Positions 38,354 through 47,374 of a stretch of DNA of 64,000 nucleotides are shown here, piece after piece (the stretch's first letter is position 1; every line of letters starts with the position of its first letter). Below the pieces are notes generated by a model. That model searched no databases and was not told the DNA's origin. It saw only the letters and a list, made by a program, of their open reading frames with translations. The position numbers were made by a program, and so were the translations under genes. The DNA comes from Bdellovibrio sp. (GTDB lineage: Bacteria; Bdellovibrionota; Bdellovibrionia; Bdellovibrionales; Bdellovibrionaceae), in NCBI GenBank assembly GCA_036676395.1, contig JAKFCY010000002.1:608001-672000 (forward strand), given 5' to 3'.

Positions 38354-39040
38354 GTGAAAAAAGTTATTTTAAGTTCGCTGGTTATTCTGGTTGCTGCATC
38401 GGCTTTTGCTGGGGGTGGCACTGTTGGTTCTGACGCTGTTAAAGGATCAGCCCAGCATTTTTATTCCGATGAAAATTCGGATGCTATTACTGAACTCGCA
38501 AAAGACCTACATGATAAATATGGCCTATTCGTCGCAAATTTTAAACAACATAGTGAGACCTATGTGGGAGATTTTAATCTTAATAAGATGAAAAATAAAG
38601 GGGCTGATGTAGTGGCCTACAGTGACCTTACGTTTTCAAAATCCGGAGAAAGCTATAGACTGTATTACAATACCTATAAAACAAATAGACCCGTAATTAT
38701 AACTCTGGATTCAAAATATAACTCAGCTATTGAGAAACTTTTTTTAGATATCAAGCAAGAGGCTAGCTTTGTAGAAATTGATGGTGCTACTGGCTATGGA
38801 CGTGGAGGATCGCATCTTACTGCTAGAAACTTGTCTGATGTAAAAGAATTAACATTAACTTGCACAAGAATAATTCAGTCTGATCTAAGCGGAGGAAACA
38901 GATGTCAGACAAAAACTTCAGGAATCGATTTTGCAAAAAATGAAACTGAAGTCATAGTGCAAGGTGCACACGCTGAAGTTATGGTGCCAAAAAAATATTT
39001 AAGAACTTGGAGTGAAAATTATTGGAACGGGAAATTCTAA
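38354..39040 (+). CDS. Secreted hypothetical protein with Gly-rich mature N-terminus
   Basis: SD AAGGAG, GTG start, signal peptide AFA then GGGTVGS. Confidence 0.7.
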   Translation: MKKVILSSLVILVAASAFAGGGTVGSDAVKGSAQHFYSDENSDAITELAKDLHDKYGLFVANFKQHSETYVGDFNLNKMKNKGADVVAYSDLTFSKSGESYRLYYNTYKTNRPVIITLDSKYNSAIEKLFLDIKQEASFVEIDGATGYGRGGSHLTARNLSDVKELTLTCTRIIQSDLSGGNRCQTKTSGIDFAKNETEVIVQGAHAEVMVPKKYLRTWSENYWNGKF

Positions 39041-39072
39041 AATTGTTCGCAGATTATGAATTGAAAAGCTAA

Positions 39073-39108
39073 AAGAAGTGGCCACATCGTGGCCGCTTCT
39101 TATTTTAT
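39073..39108 (+). terminator. Intrinsic terminator
   Basis: AAGAAGTGGCCAC-ATC-GTGGCCGCTTCTT then ATTTTATT. Confidence 0.7.
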
Positions 39109-39151
39109 TCTGGTCTCCTCAAGAAACCTTGCTAAATCCTGCAGTCAGAAA

Positions 39152-39769
39152 TTAAGCCTGTAAATTATTAAGCAATGTGCTCGTCGCCCACTTCATGGTC
39201 TTACCCATTTCAGCGCCGGTCTCACCGTATACATTGCGTAAATCACTCCATAAATTTGCATTAATTAAAGTAATAACTAAATGAACTCTTTGCTGTTCTT
39301 CTTTTGAAGTAGTTAACGGAATCTGAGCTTTGATTTTTTCCATGACTAGGGCGTTGAACTTGCGGCGAAATAAAACACGCGATTGCTGGCCGAAGTTTGT
39401 GTATAAATAAGCTAAGATTAAACTTTCGTATTGATCAAATACCTGAAATGAAAATTCAGCAAAATCTTCGACAGTCATGACTTGTAAATTGCCGGCCACT
39501 TGGGTGACGTAGGTTTCAAGATAAGTTTCTAATTCACGAGTTAAAGATTTTTTATCACCGAAAAAACGAAATAAGGTGCGTGTTGAAAGATCAGCGCGCA
39601 CGGCTAATTCTTCTAAAGAAATTTCTTCGCCACGTTTTTCAACTAATAGAGAAACATAGTTTTCAATAATCTTCTGTCTATTGTTATTTGATTTTTCGGC
39701 GCGCGCAGAATTGTCGTATTTTCTGGGTTTCTTAATCTTTTTAGCTGTTTTCGTGTTTTTACGTTTCAT
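39152..39769 (-). CDS. TetR/AcrR-family regulator
   Basis: RKYDNSARAE, SLEELAVRADLSTRTLFRFFGDK HTH. Confidence 0.88.
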   Translation of the reverse strand: MKRKNTKTAKKIKKPRKYDNSARAEKSNNNRQKIIENYVSLLVEKRGEEISLEELAVRADLSTRTLFRFFGDKKSLTRELETYLETYVTQVAGNLQVMTVEDFAEFSFQVFDQYESLILAYLYTNFGQQSRVLFRRKFNALVMEKIKAQIPLTTSKEEQQRVHLVITLINANLWSDLRNVYGETGAEMGKTMKWATSTLLNNLQA

Positions 39770-39775
39770 AAGAGT

Positions 39776-39804
39776 AGTATAGAAATAAGACGCGCTGTGA
39801 TCAA
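39776..39804 (-). promoter_or_regulatory. sigma70 promoter of tetR (leaderless)
   Basis: TTGATC-N17-TATACT, 6 nt before the ATG. Confidence 0.65.
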
Positions 39805-39873
39805 ATTAAAATGACATTAACACAGCCTAATAAGGGCATAATAAATGAAAAAACCTTTATAAACAGTTAATTA

Positions 39874-39901
39874 TTGACAAATAAAAAGATATTGTTAAAA
39901 T
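39874..39901 (+). promoter_or_regulatory. Near-consensus sigma70 promoter with no downstream sense gene
   Basis: TTGACA-N16-TAAAAT with a TG extension. Confidence 0.55.
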
Positions 39902-39937
39902 CAAAAGGCAGCGTCGCTGTGATTTGTAAATCAAAAT

Positions 39938-40318
39938 CTATTTAGCCGCGACCCAAAGCCTAACAGCGACTAAAATTAAGAATACAGAAAACATTCGGGT
40001 TAACGTGGCTGTTTGTAAGGTGATCGCAAATTTTGAACCTAAGTAGGTTCCGCCAAACATAACTGCAGCAATCACCAATCCGTATTTAATGTTATCCATC
40101 TGAATAAAGCCCGCACGGTAATAATTAATGATTCCTAAAATACCCACAGGTAATAATAAAGCGACCAAAGAAGTGGCCGTAGCGGTTTGCTGTTGGTATT
40201 TAAAAAGATACACTAGCATCGGCACAATAATCACTCCACCACCGATGCCAAATAACCCTGACGAGATTCCGGCAGTTAAACCAATAATTGCAGCATAAGC
40301 GATTTGTAGCGGTGACAT
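39938..40318 (-). CDS. Short TSUP (TauE/SafE) family membrane protein
   Basis: SGLFGIGGGVIIVP, ATATSL. Confidence 0.85.
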   Translation of the reverse strand: MSPLQIAYAAIIGLTAGISSGLFGIGGGVIIVPMLVYLFKYQQQTATATSLVALLLPVGILGIINYYRAGFIQMDNIKYGLVIAAVMFGGTYLGSKFAITLQTATLTRMFSVFLILVAVRLWVAAK

Positions 40319-40327
40319 GGGTATCTC

Positions 40328-41038
40328 CTATAAAGATGGGCGAATAACTTTTTTACGTAGAATTTCGGCGTCGTTTTCTGGGTGCGACACTTGAATGCTT
40401 TCAAGCCATTCAACTTTTGCTTTTTTATCGCGAATACCAAATTGCGCCGTCATTTTGCCAATTAAGCTATCGTCATCAACAAATGATGATTCGCGGTAAG
40501 GATGGTAATCAATTTTAAATAATTGCACCGGAATCTGATAATGCTGGGCAATTTCAAAGATGCCTTTTTTCCATAGCTTTTCTTCGTTTAAAGTTGTGGT
40601 GCCAGAAGGAAAAATCACTAACTGTGATTTGTTCGTAATGAGTTGTTCGCCGATGACTTTGCGCAATCTTTCGCGGTCATGTTTTGATTCGCGATCAACA
40701 AATAAAGTGCCAACACGAACTGCCGCCTGGCCTAAAATCGGCCAACGCTTAACTTCTTTTTTCGCTAAGAAAGCAATATGCGGATTTACCGCCATTAATA
40801 ATAAAATATCTAAAAAGCTGACGTGATTGCCAACATAAATACGTGGGCCTTGCACAGAATATTCACCTTGATGGCTAATATCATAACCGATGTAATTTAA
40901 AACACTTTCGGCCCAGCGCTTTTTATAATGGGTGACCTTATGTGGTTTAATGTAACTAAGTGCCAGCCAATAGAAAGTAATTCCAAAGGATCCGAAAGAC
41001 TTAATAAAATAAAAAGACTTAACCGTGTGTTTTAGCAT
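40328..41038 (-). CDS. Lysophospholipid acyltransferase (PlsC family)
   Basis: NHVSFLD, FVDR, IFPSGT. Confidence 0.88.
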   Translation of the reverse strand: MLKHTVKSFYFIKSFGSFGITFYWLALSYIKPHKVTHYKKRWAESVLNYIGYDISHQGEYSVQGPRIYVGNHVSFLDILLLMAVNPHIAFLAKKEVKRWPILGQAAVRVGTLFVDRESKHDRERLRKVIGEQLITNKSQLVIFPSGTTTLNEEKLWKKGIFEIAQHYQIPVQLFKIDYHPYRESSFVDDDSLIGKMTAQFGIRDKKAKVEWLESIQVSHPENDAEILRKKVIRPSL

Positions 41039-41833
41039 CTACTTCAGTAAATCATGAGTGTAGGTAAAAGTCGCTGCCCATCCATCGTTGCGGTCACGCG
41101 CCAAAACGCCATTTTTATTTTTATCGCCTAAGACTTCAAAATGTTTAACGGTGATAACGGGGTTATTACGGTCTGATAAATCGTTAAAATGAAACCACAC
41201 ACCGTAAGATAGATTATTTAAGCCTTCTGAATCAGCTGCGCCGTAATAATATTCGTTATGGCGTTTATCGCCGTAACCTACAGTGACGATAAAATTCGGT
41301 TCAACCATTGAAGTTCGAAGGATGGTGTTTTGAAAAGTGAATAATTTAAGTTTGCCTGATAGTTCATAATAAAGACCATTATGAGCTTTTAAGTCTTTGT
41401 GAATACCGAAAACCCACTCTGAGATATAGTCTTCGTTATAGCCCGGAATGAAAAACTCTGCTCTATTTACCCACTCCCATGAGTTCTCACGATCTGGATA
41501 AATATCTTTAATACTGTCGTGTTTGGGAAAGATCGGATTATCACTGATCGCCTGAAAGCGCGTTCTTAAGCGCACTTTATCTTCATAGACAAAATCACGG
41601 TAGCTGACCGAGCTTGTTAAAAACTCGAAGCGGTCTTCAAACATAAAAACGGCAATGACGGGAACCAGTTGAAAGTCATTATATTGAATGACACCGCGAG
41701 ACTCCCAGATCGAGAAAAACTTCGCGCCAGCTTTGACGCCGCTGACTGATTTCCATTTGTTAGTTGCTTGGTATTCAGCCAAAGCATTAAAAGAACTAAG
41801 CATTAATAAAACAGCAAAAAGTATTTTCATCAT
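41039..41833 (-). CDS. Outer-membrane protein, MipA/OmpV-like
   Basis: Signal peptide, beta-strands, HNEYYYG motif. Confidence 0.6.
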   Translation of the reverse strand: MMKILFAVLLMLSSFNALAEYQATNKWKSVSGVKAGAKFFSIWESRGVIQYNDFQLVPVIAVFMFEDRFEFLTSSVSYRDFVYEDKVRLRTRFQAISDNPIFPKHDSIKDIYPDRENSWEWVNRAEFFIPGYNEDYISEWVFGIHKDLKAHNGLYYELSGKLKLFTFQNTILRTSMVEPNFIVTVGYGDKRHNEYYYGAADSEGLNNLSYGVWFHFNDLSDRNNPVITVKHFEVLGDKNKNGVLARDRNDGWAATFTYTHDLLK

Positions 41834-42001
41834 GAGTGAATTTAAACATCATTCATTGGGGGATGCTGCCTAAATTCACATTTTAGCACGGCGTTTCACA
41901 AACCCAATCTTGACAACAATTATGGTGAATTTACCAAAAAGAGTTGCTAGCTTTCTGGCGACAACTAGTTCGATTTTGTTTCCTAAATTGAGGGGGGATA
42001 C

Positions 42002-42928
42002 ATGTATTGGAATTTTTCAAAAACGATTGCTGCCGTTTGGTGCTTTACACTTTTAACCGCAGGTTTTGCTAATGCACACATCACTTCGAAATCAGACTAT
42101 TACGGTAAAGAATTCTTAGGCCAGGTTCAATCAGGCCAATTAAAAAACGAACAACTATTAGATAAATTATTTCACGTTGTTTCAGACGCCCACATTAAAA
42201 ATAAAAACGCCCAAGACACATTAATCACAAATTGCCAATCAGCTACCTTAGAACCAGGCCAAAACTGCATTCAACACACAGCCCTTGGTTATGATACTGC
42301 AAGAAAACACATGTTCGGTGCGATCCACTTAGAACAAACACCTGATGGCGTTTACTTTGTTAAAGACGTGTACTGTGAAAAAGATTTTACAGATGAAGAT
42401 TTTGGCAGAAAAGGCAAAGGCCAAAACATCGGCCCAGGCATCATTCCGGGTGATGGTTCAATTTTAAATTGTGAACACACTTGGCCACAAAGTCGTTTCA
42501 CAACTCGCTTTCCTAAAGAAACACAAAAATCTGATTTACATCACCTATACCCAACTGATTCTAGCATGAACAGCCACAGATCTGCTTTGCGCTTCGGCGA
42601 AGTCGAAAAAGACATGGAGAAATTAAAATGCCCACAAAATCGTTTAGGTCGTGGTGCAGGCAATGCGGGAACAGTATTCGAACCACCAGTTGCTCACCGT
42701 GGTAACGTGGCGCGCGCGATTTTCTACTTCGCCACTCGCTATAAAATGAAAGTCGGCGGTGCCGAAGAAGCAACTTTAAGAATCTGGAATCAAGAAGATC
42801 CGGTTGATGCTGACGAATTAAAAAGAAACGACCAGGTTGAAGACCTTCAAGGTAACCGCAACCCATTCGTCGATTACCCAGAATTAGTTGACCAAGTGAA
42901 CATGTTTTCGTTCAGCACGACTAAGTAG
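42002..42928 (+). CDS. Secreted endonuclease I-family nuclease
   Basis: NCEHTWPQS, SDLHHLYP, RGNVARAIFYF, QGNRNPFVD; signal peptide; SD GAGGGG. Confidence 0.9.
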   Translation: MYWNFSKTIAAVWCFTLLTAGFANAHITSKSDYYGKEFLGQVQSGQLKNEQLLDKLFHVVSDAHIKNKNAQDTLITNCQSATLEPGQNCIQHTALGYDTARKHMFGAIHLEQTPDGVYFVKDVYCEKDFTDEDFGRKGKGQNIGPGIIPGDGSILNCEHTWPQSRFTTRFPKETQKSDLHHLYPTDSSMNSHRSALRFGEVEKDMEKLKCPQNRLGRGAGNAGTVFEPPVAHRGNVARAIFYFATRYKMKVGGAEEATLRIWNQEDPVDADELKRNDQVEDLQGNRNPFVDYPELVDQVNMFSFSTTK

Positions 42929-42952
42929 ATTTAAAAATTAATTCCTACAAAT

Positions 42953-42990
42953 AAAAAAAGCTAACTCCGTTGAAGAGTTAGCTTTTTTTT
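42953..42990. terminator. Bidirectional intrinsic terminator
   Basis: A7-GCTAACTC-7nt-GAGTTAGC-T8 between convergent genes; followed by an 11-bp palindrome at 43000-43022. Confidence 0.85.
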
Positions 42991-43029
42991 ACTCTGTAGT
43001 TTAGCTAACAATGTTAGCTAAAACCCTAA

Positions 43030-43464
43030 TTACTTAGGTTGAACGCGTAACATTTTTTGGATTTCAGAAACATGCATTTCTTCATCCATAATCATTTGGC
43101 GAGCGTACTCTTCTAAGAATACTGAAGAGCCTTCAACTAGTTTTAATAAATTATGTAAGTTTTTAAGCTGAGCTAATTCGTGATCTAAGCTTTCTTTTAA
43201 AATATCGTTTAAATTATGTTTGTGAGTTTCTAAAAGAGTTCCGATTTTTAAAGACGGGTGGCCACCTAAAGTTGTGATGTGCTCACCAGCTTGCGAAGCA
43301 TGTCCTAATGATTCAGTCGCTTGATCGCGAAACCATTTAATGATTGGAATTCTGTTGTGGCCGAAAACCATTAACGAGTAGTGCGTGTAACGAACAACTC
43401 CGGCAAGTTCAGCTTCCATGATTTTGTTTAGTGCATCGATTACTTTTTTCTCGTTCATAGCCAT
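43030..43464 (-). CDS. Bacterioferritin/ferritin-like protein
   Basis: ELAGVVRY, ESLGHA, DEEMH ferroxidase-type ligands. Confidence 0.82.
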   Translation of the reverse strand: MAMNEKKVIDALNKIMEAELAGVVRYTHYSLMVFGHNRIPIIKWFRDQATESLGHASQAGEHITTLGGHPSLKIGTLLETHKHNLNDILKESLDHELAQLKNLHNLLKLVEGSSVFLEEYARQMIMDEEMHVSEIQKMLRVQPK

Positions 43465-43597
43465 ACTTAGCTCCTCTACAATGGTTCTGGGTAAAAATAC
43501 CCTATAAATGAAAGCTAAATGAAAATGAACTGAAAGTCCAATAATAAGTTAAATCCATACCGTTGTAATACGGTAGGGCCTTTGGTATTGAACCGCC

Positions 43598-45277
43598 ATG
43601 TCATTAAATCGTCGCCAATTCATTAAGTCGTCTTCATTCGCAAGTTTTGTTTTAGGCTATTCGCTACAGTCAAAAGCAACCACAGGTATTTTGATGGGGC
43701 AGTCTCCTACAGCTCCTATTAATGAAAATGCAAATGATAATCCAATTCAAAATGTTCCATACTCTGAATCATCAAGCCTTGATTTCAATGGCGATAATAT
43801 CGATCGTCCGCACGATATCTTATGGAACATTGATGGCTACGTAGCTAAAAAAGGTGGAATCCCTGCCCCTTCAATTTGGAATAGTATCGTGATTGCCGGT
43901 GGTGGTATGTCAGGTCTATTAAGTGCGTATCACTTACAAGCGCACAAACCGATGTTGTTAGAACAAGATAACGTATTTGGCGGAAACTCTAAGGGCGAAA
44001 ACTTTGATGGCTCTTATTATTCAATCGGTGCAGCTTACGTAACGATTCCGGATGAAGGTTCTGATGTTGAGACTTTCTTTAAAGACACAGGCATTGCTGA
44101 CAAACTTAAATTAGAATCTGATACAGAAACTTCTGTAAACTTTAAAAATGCTTTAATGCGCGATTTCTGGAAAGGCGCAAGTGATCCAGAAAATGCAGAG
44201 CAATTTATTGCGGTTGAAGAAGAAATGCGCCGTATTTATAACGATGCGTACCCTGATATTCCATGGTTTGAAGATTCAGCAATTACTTTTGAAGAATTAT
44301 GCCGCTTAGACAAAATGACTTTTGATAAATGGCTTGATGAAACTTTTGAAGTGGTGCATCCGCATGTGCGCGAATATTTTCAAGCTTATTGCTGGTCATC
44401 TTTTGGTGGTTCGATCGATGAATTGTCTGCAGCGCAAGTATTAAACTTTGTGACCGCAGAAGTTGATGGGGTATTAGCTTTACCTGGTGGTAATGCGTAC
44501 ATCACTCAGACCTTACATACACAATTAAAAGCAAATTTACCTGAAGGCCATGTGTTATCAGGTGCCTTTGTATTACGTATTCATGAGCAAGAATCTGGAA
44601 AAGTATGGGTTACATTTGAAAGCAAACAAGGCGAGTTAATCACGGTTGAATGTGATCAAGTGGTATGTGCGTTTCCAAAATTTGTTGCCGAGCGCGTGAT
44701 CGTGAACATCGAACCTGAGCGTGTAAAAGCGATTCAAAGTTTAATGTGGCGTGGGTACATCGTGACTAATGTGATTTTAGACAGCGCTGTTAAATCACCT
44801 GGATTTGATATTTTTAATTTAAACGGCAAAATGCAACCGGCGCCGACTCCATTTAATCAGCCAAAAAATTTAACGACTGATGTTTGTTTTGGAACATGGG
44901 CACAAAATGATGAAGTAAATCATTCGGTAATGACAATGTATCGTCCGTTGCCGTTTGAGGGCGCGCGCCAATTTTTATTTAACCCTATGGCCCATCAAAA
45001 ACATTTGATCGCTTCACAAAAAGAGATCGTTGAATTTGCTAAAACCGTAAATATCGATGTCGCTAAAATTAAGGGCTATCGTTTGACACGTTGGGGGCAT
45101 TCTTTGCCTTTAGCTAGTGCTGGAACAATCAGTGACGGTACCGTACAAGCGTTAATTAAGCCTATTAATGACCGTATATTCTTCGTGAACCAAGATAACT
45201 GGGTAAATCCAGCTTTTGAGTGCGCATTTAGTGAAGCTTTGACAGTTGCACAAAAGATAGAATCTCTAAAAGCGTAG
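43598..45277 (+). CDS. Tat-exported FAD-dependent oxidoreductase (amine oxidase-like)
   Basis: NRRQFIK twin-arginine motif, IAGGGMSGL, GGNS...GAAY, TRWGH. Confidence 0.82.
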   Translation: MSLNRRQFIKSSSFASFVLGYSLQSKATTGILMGQSPTAPINENANDNPIQNVPYSESSSLDFNGDNIDRPHDILWNIDGYVAKKGGIPAPSIWNSIVIAGGGMSGLLSAYHLQAHKPMLLEQDNVFGGNSKGENFDGSYYSIGAAYVTIPDEGSDVETFFKDTGIADKLKLESDTETSVNFKNALMRDFWKGASDPENAEQFIAVEEEMRRIYNDAYPDIPWFEDSAITFEELCRLDKMTFDKWLDETFEVVHPHVREYFQAYCWSSFGGSIDELSAAQVLNFVTAEVDGVLALPGGNAYITQTLHTQLKANLPEGHVLSGAFVLRIHEQESGKVWVTFESKQGELITVECDQVVCAFPKFVAERVIVNIEPERVKAIQSLMWRGYIVTNVILDSAVKSPGFDIFNLNGKMQPAPTPFNQPKNLTTDVCFGTWAQNDEVNHSVMTMYRPLPFEGARQFLFNPMAHQKHLIASQKEIVEFAKTVNIDVAKIKGYRLTRWGHSLPLASAGTISDGTVQALIKPINDRIFFVNQDNWVNPAFECAFSEALTVAQKIESLKA

Positions 45278-45293
45278 TGTTACGCTTTTAGAG

Positions 45294-45851
45294 ATGGCTA
45301 AACTAAAACATCTCATTACCCATGCGGTAAAATTACTTCAGTATTACATAAATCGTGCTTGGTATTTGCCAATGTTATCGCTATTGGCTTTTTTAGATAA
45401 TTTTTTAGTCGTTGTTCCGACTGATGGCATTTTAATTTCAAGTTCGATGTTAAAACCGCAGAAATGGTTTTCATTTAGTTTTTGCGTGGCTGCAGGTTCT
45501 GCAATTGGTGCGTTAGCGTTAGCGTTAGTTATCGAAGTTTATGGCATTCATGTTGTTGAATATTTTTTTCCGAATATTCAAACAAGTTCAGCCTGGATAC
45601 GCACCCAGGGCTTTTTTGAAGATTATGGCTTATGGTTATTATTTGCTGTGGCGGTTACGCCCTTTACCCAACAGCCTGCCGTAATCTTAGCTGTTCTGGC
45701 CGGCGTGCCTGTTTTTCAGATTTTTGTGATTGGCTTTTTAGGGCGTTGGATTAAATTTTCATTAATGGCTTATGTTGGGTCACATGCACCACACTTAATT
45801 AAAAAGATCTGGGGCGTACAAGACGAGCTTCATGAAGTGGGTATCGATTGA
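45294..45851 (+). CDS. YqaA/DedA-like membrane protein
   Basis: Hydrophobic helices with VPTD, AGSAIG, TPF, GRW. Confidence 0.7.
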   Translation: MAKLKHLITHAVKLLQYYINRAWYLPMLSLLAFLDNFLVVVPTDGILISSSMLKPQKWFSFSFCVAAGSAIGALALALVIEVYGIHVVEYFFPNIQTSSAWIRTQGFFEDYGLWLLFAVAVTPFTQQPAVILAVLAGVPVFQIFVIGFLGRWIKFSLMAYVGSHAPHLIKKIWGVQDELHEVGID

Positions 45852-46351
45852 AAAGTTTTTCTAAAGTGATCAACATTCTGATTCTAGCCGGAGTCGTATA
45901 TATGTTCGCCACTAAAGTTCCTGGCATATATGCGCATTTTAAATCTGAAGGATCTAAAGTTTCAGATTTTTCAGTCTTACAGAATAACGGCGAAGAATTT
46001 AATTCACAAACTTTGGCTACGAAAAAAGTTATCGTGTTTTGGGCAACGTGGTGTCCGCCCTGTGAATTAGAACTTTCGCGCATCAACGATTTAGTTAAAG
46101 AAAAAAGAATTTCTGCAGACTCAGTTTTAGCGATTTCGATCAGCGAAGAAAAACAAACCGTTGATAAGGTCATTGCTGAGCGTGGTTATCAATTTCAGGT
46201 CGGTTATGATTTTGATGGCGCCGTTGCCAGCAAGTTTGCCGTCGCCGGAACTCCTACAGTTGTATTTTTAAATGCTGATAAAACGATTAACTGGATCACG
46301 ACTGGTTTAAGTCCGTTTTTAAAATTACGTATAAATATGTTTTTGGATTAA
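45848..46351 (+). CDS. TlpA/ResA-family thiol-disulfide reductase
   Basis: FWATWCPPC; N-terminal anchor. Confidence 0.88.
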   Translation: MKSFSKVINILILAGVVYMFATKVPGIYAHFKSEGSKVSDFSVLQNNGEEFNSQTLATKKVIVFWATWCPPCELELSRINDLVKEKRISADSVLAISISEEKQTVDKVIAERGYQFQVGYDFDGAVASKFAVAGTPTVVFLNADKTINWITTGLSPFLKLRINMFLD

Positions 46352-46353
46352 TT

Positions 46354-46995
46354 ATGTGTGCACAATTTGGGTTGAAAGTAAGCGCTAGTGAATTGAGAGA
46401 ATTGGGAATTTCTGTATCAAGTGCGCTTGAGGGTGTAGATGAAAGATTTCTTCCCTACACAAAAGTGCCGGTCATAGTTTTAACACCACAAGGACTAAAG
46501 CTTACGGCGATGAATTTTTCGCTGGTTCCAGCGTGGTCAAAAGAACCCAAAGTAAAATTTGCGACCCATAATGCCCGAATTGAAACCGTAATAGAAAAGC
46601 CTGCATGGCGTGAACCTTTTCAAAGCAAGCACTGTTTGTTGCCGATGACAAATTTTTTTGAATCAGCCTACGCGGGACCGCATGCGGGGCATATTATATC
46701 TTTTAATTCTGATTTAATGTTTGCCGCGGGTCTTTTTGATGTCTGGGTTAATCCAGAAACGAAAGAGCAATTGTTTTCATGCACGATATTAACAACCGAG
46801 CCATCGGCCTTTATCTTAGAAAATGGCCATGACCGTACGCCGATATTTTTAAATTTTGAAGATGGTAAGCAATGGCTTAGTTTGCGCGCGCCAGAAAAAG
46901 AAATGGTCGACTTCTTGCTATCTAAAAATGTTTACCCTGATTTGCAAGTCTCTCGTGACCGCGCGCTTAAATCTGGCTGGGAAAAACGGGCTTAA
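46354..46995 (+). CDS. SRAP/YedK-family abasic-site processing protein
   Basis: Cys2, HNARIET, FFE, HDRTP. Confidence 0.88.
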   Translation: MCAQFGLKVSASELRELGISVSSALEGVDERFLPYTKVPVIVLTPQGLKLTAMNFSLVPAWSKEPKVKFATHNARIETVIEKPAWREPFQSKHCLLPMTNFFESAYAGPHAGHIISFNSDLMFAAGLFDVWVNPETKEQLFSCTILTTEPSAFILENGHDRTPIFLNFEDGKQWLSLRAPEKEMVDFLLSKNVYPDLQVSRDRALKSGWEKRA

Positions 46996-47008
46996 AGAAA
47001 GGCTATTT

Positions 47009-47374
47009 ATGAAAGAAAAAGTAGTGATCCTTGGAGCTTCAGATAACCCTGATCGTTTTGCTCATAAAGCCATGCTGATGTTAGAACAGTACGGCCATCA
47101 GCCAATCCTTGTAAATCCCACATTAAGCGAAATTGCAGGGCACACCGTGATCGCAGATCTTGATCAGGTGCCAAGGCCAATCGACACCTTAACGATGTAC
47201 GTAAACCCGCGTATCAGCATAAACCTAAAAGAAAAAATTATTGCGTTAAATCCAAAACGGGTGATCTTTAACCCCGGTACAGAAAATCCGGCAATTGAGT
47301 TCGCACTAAAAAAAACAGGCATAGATACGATCCATGCCTGTACGTTAGTTTTGTTGTCTACCGGTAAATACTAG
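47009..47374 (+). CDS. CoA-binding protein
   Basis: [35 protein letters not shown]. Confidence 0.88.
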   Translation: MKEKVVILGASDNPDRFAHKAMLMLEQYGHQPILVNPTLSEIAGHTVIADLDQVPRPIDTLTMYVNPRISINLKEKIIALNPKRVIFNPGTENPAIEFALKKTGIDTIHACTLVLLSTGKY

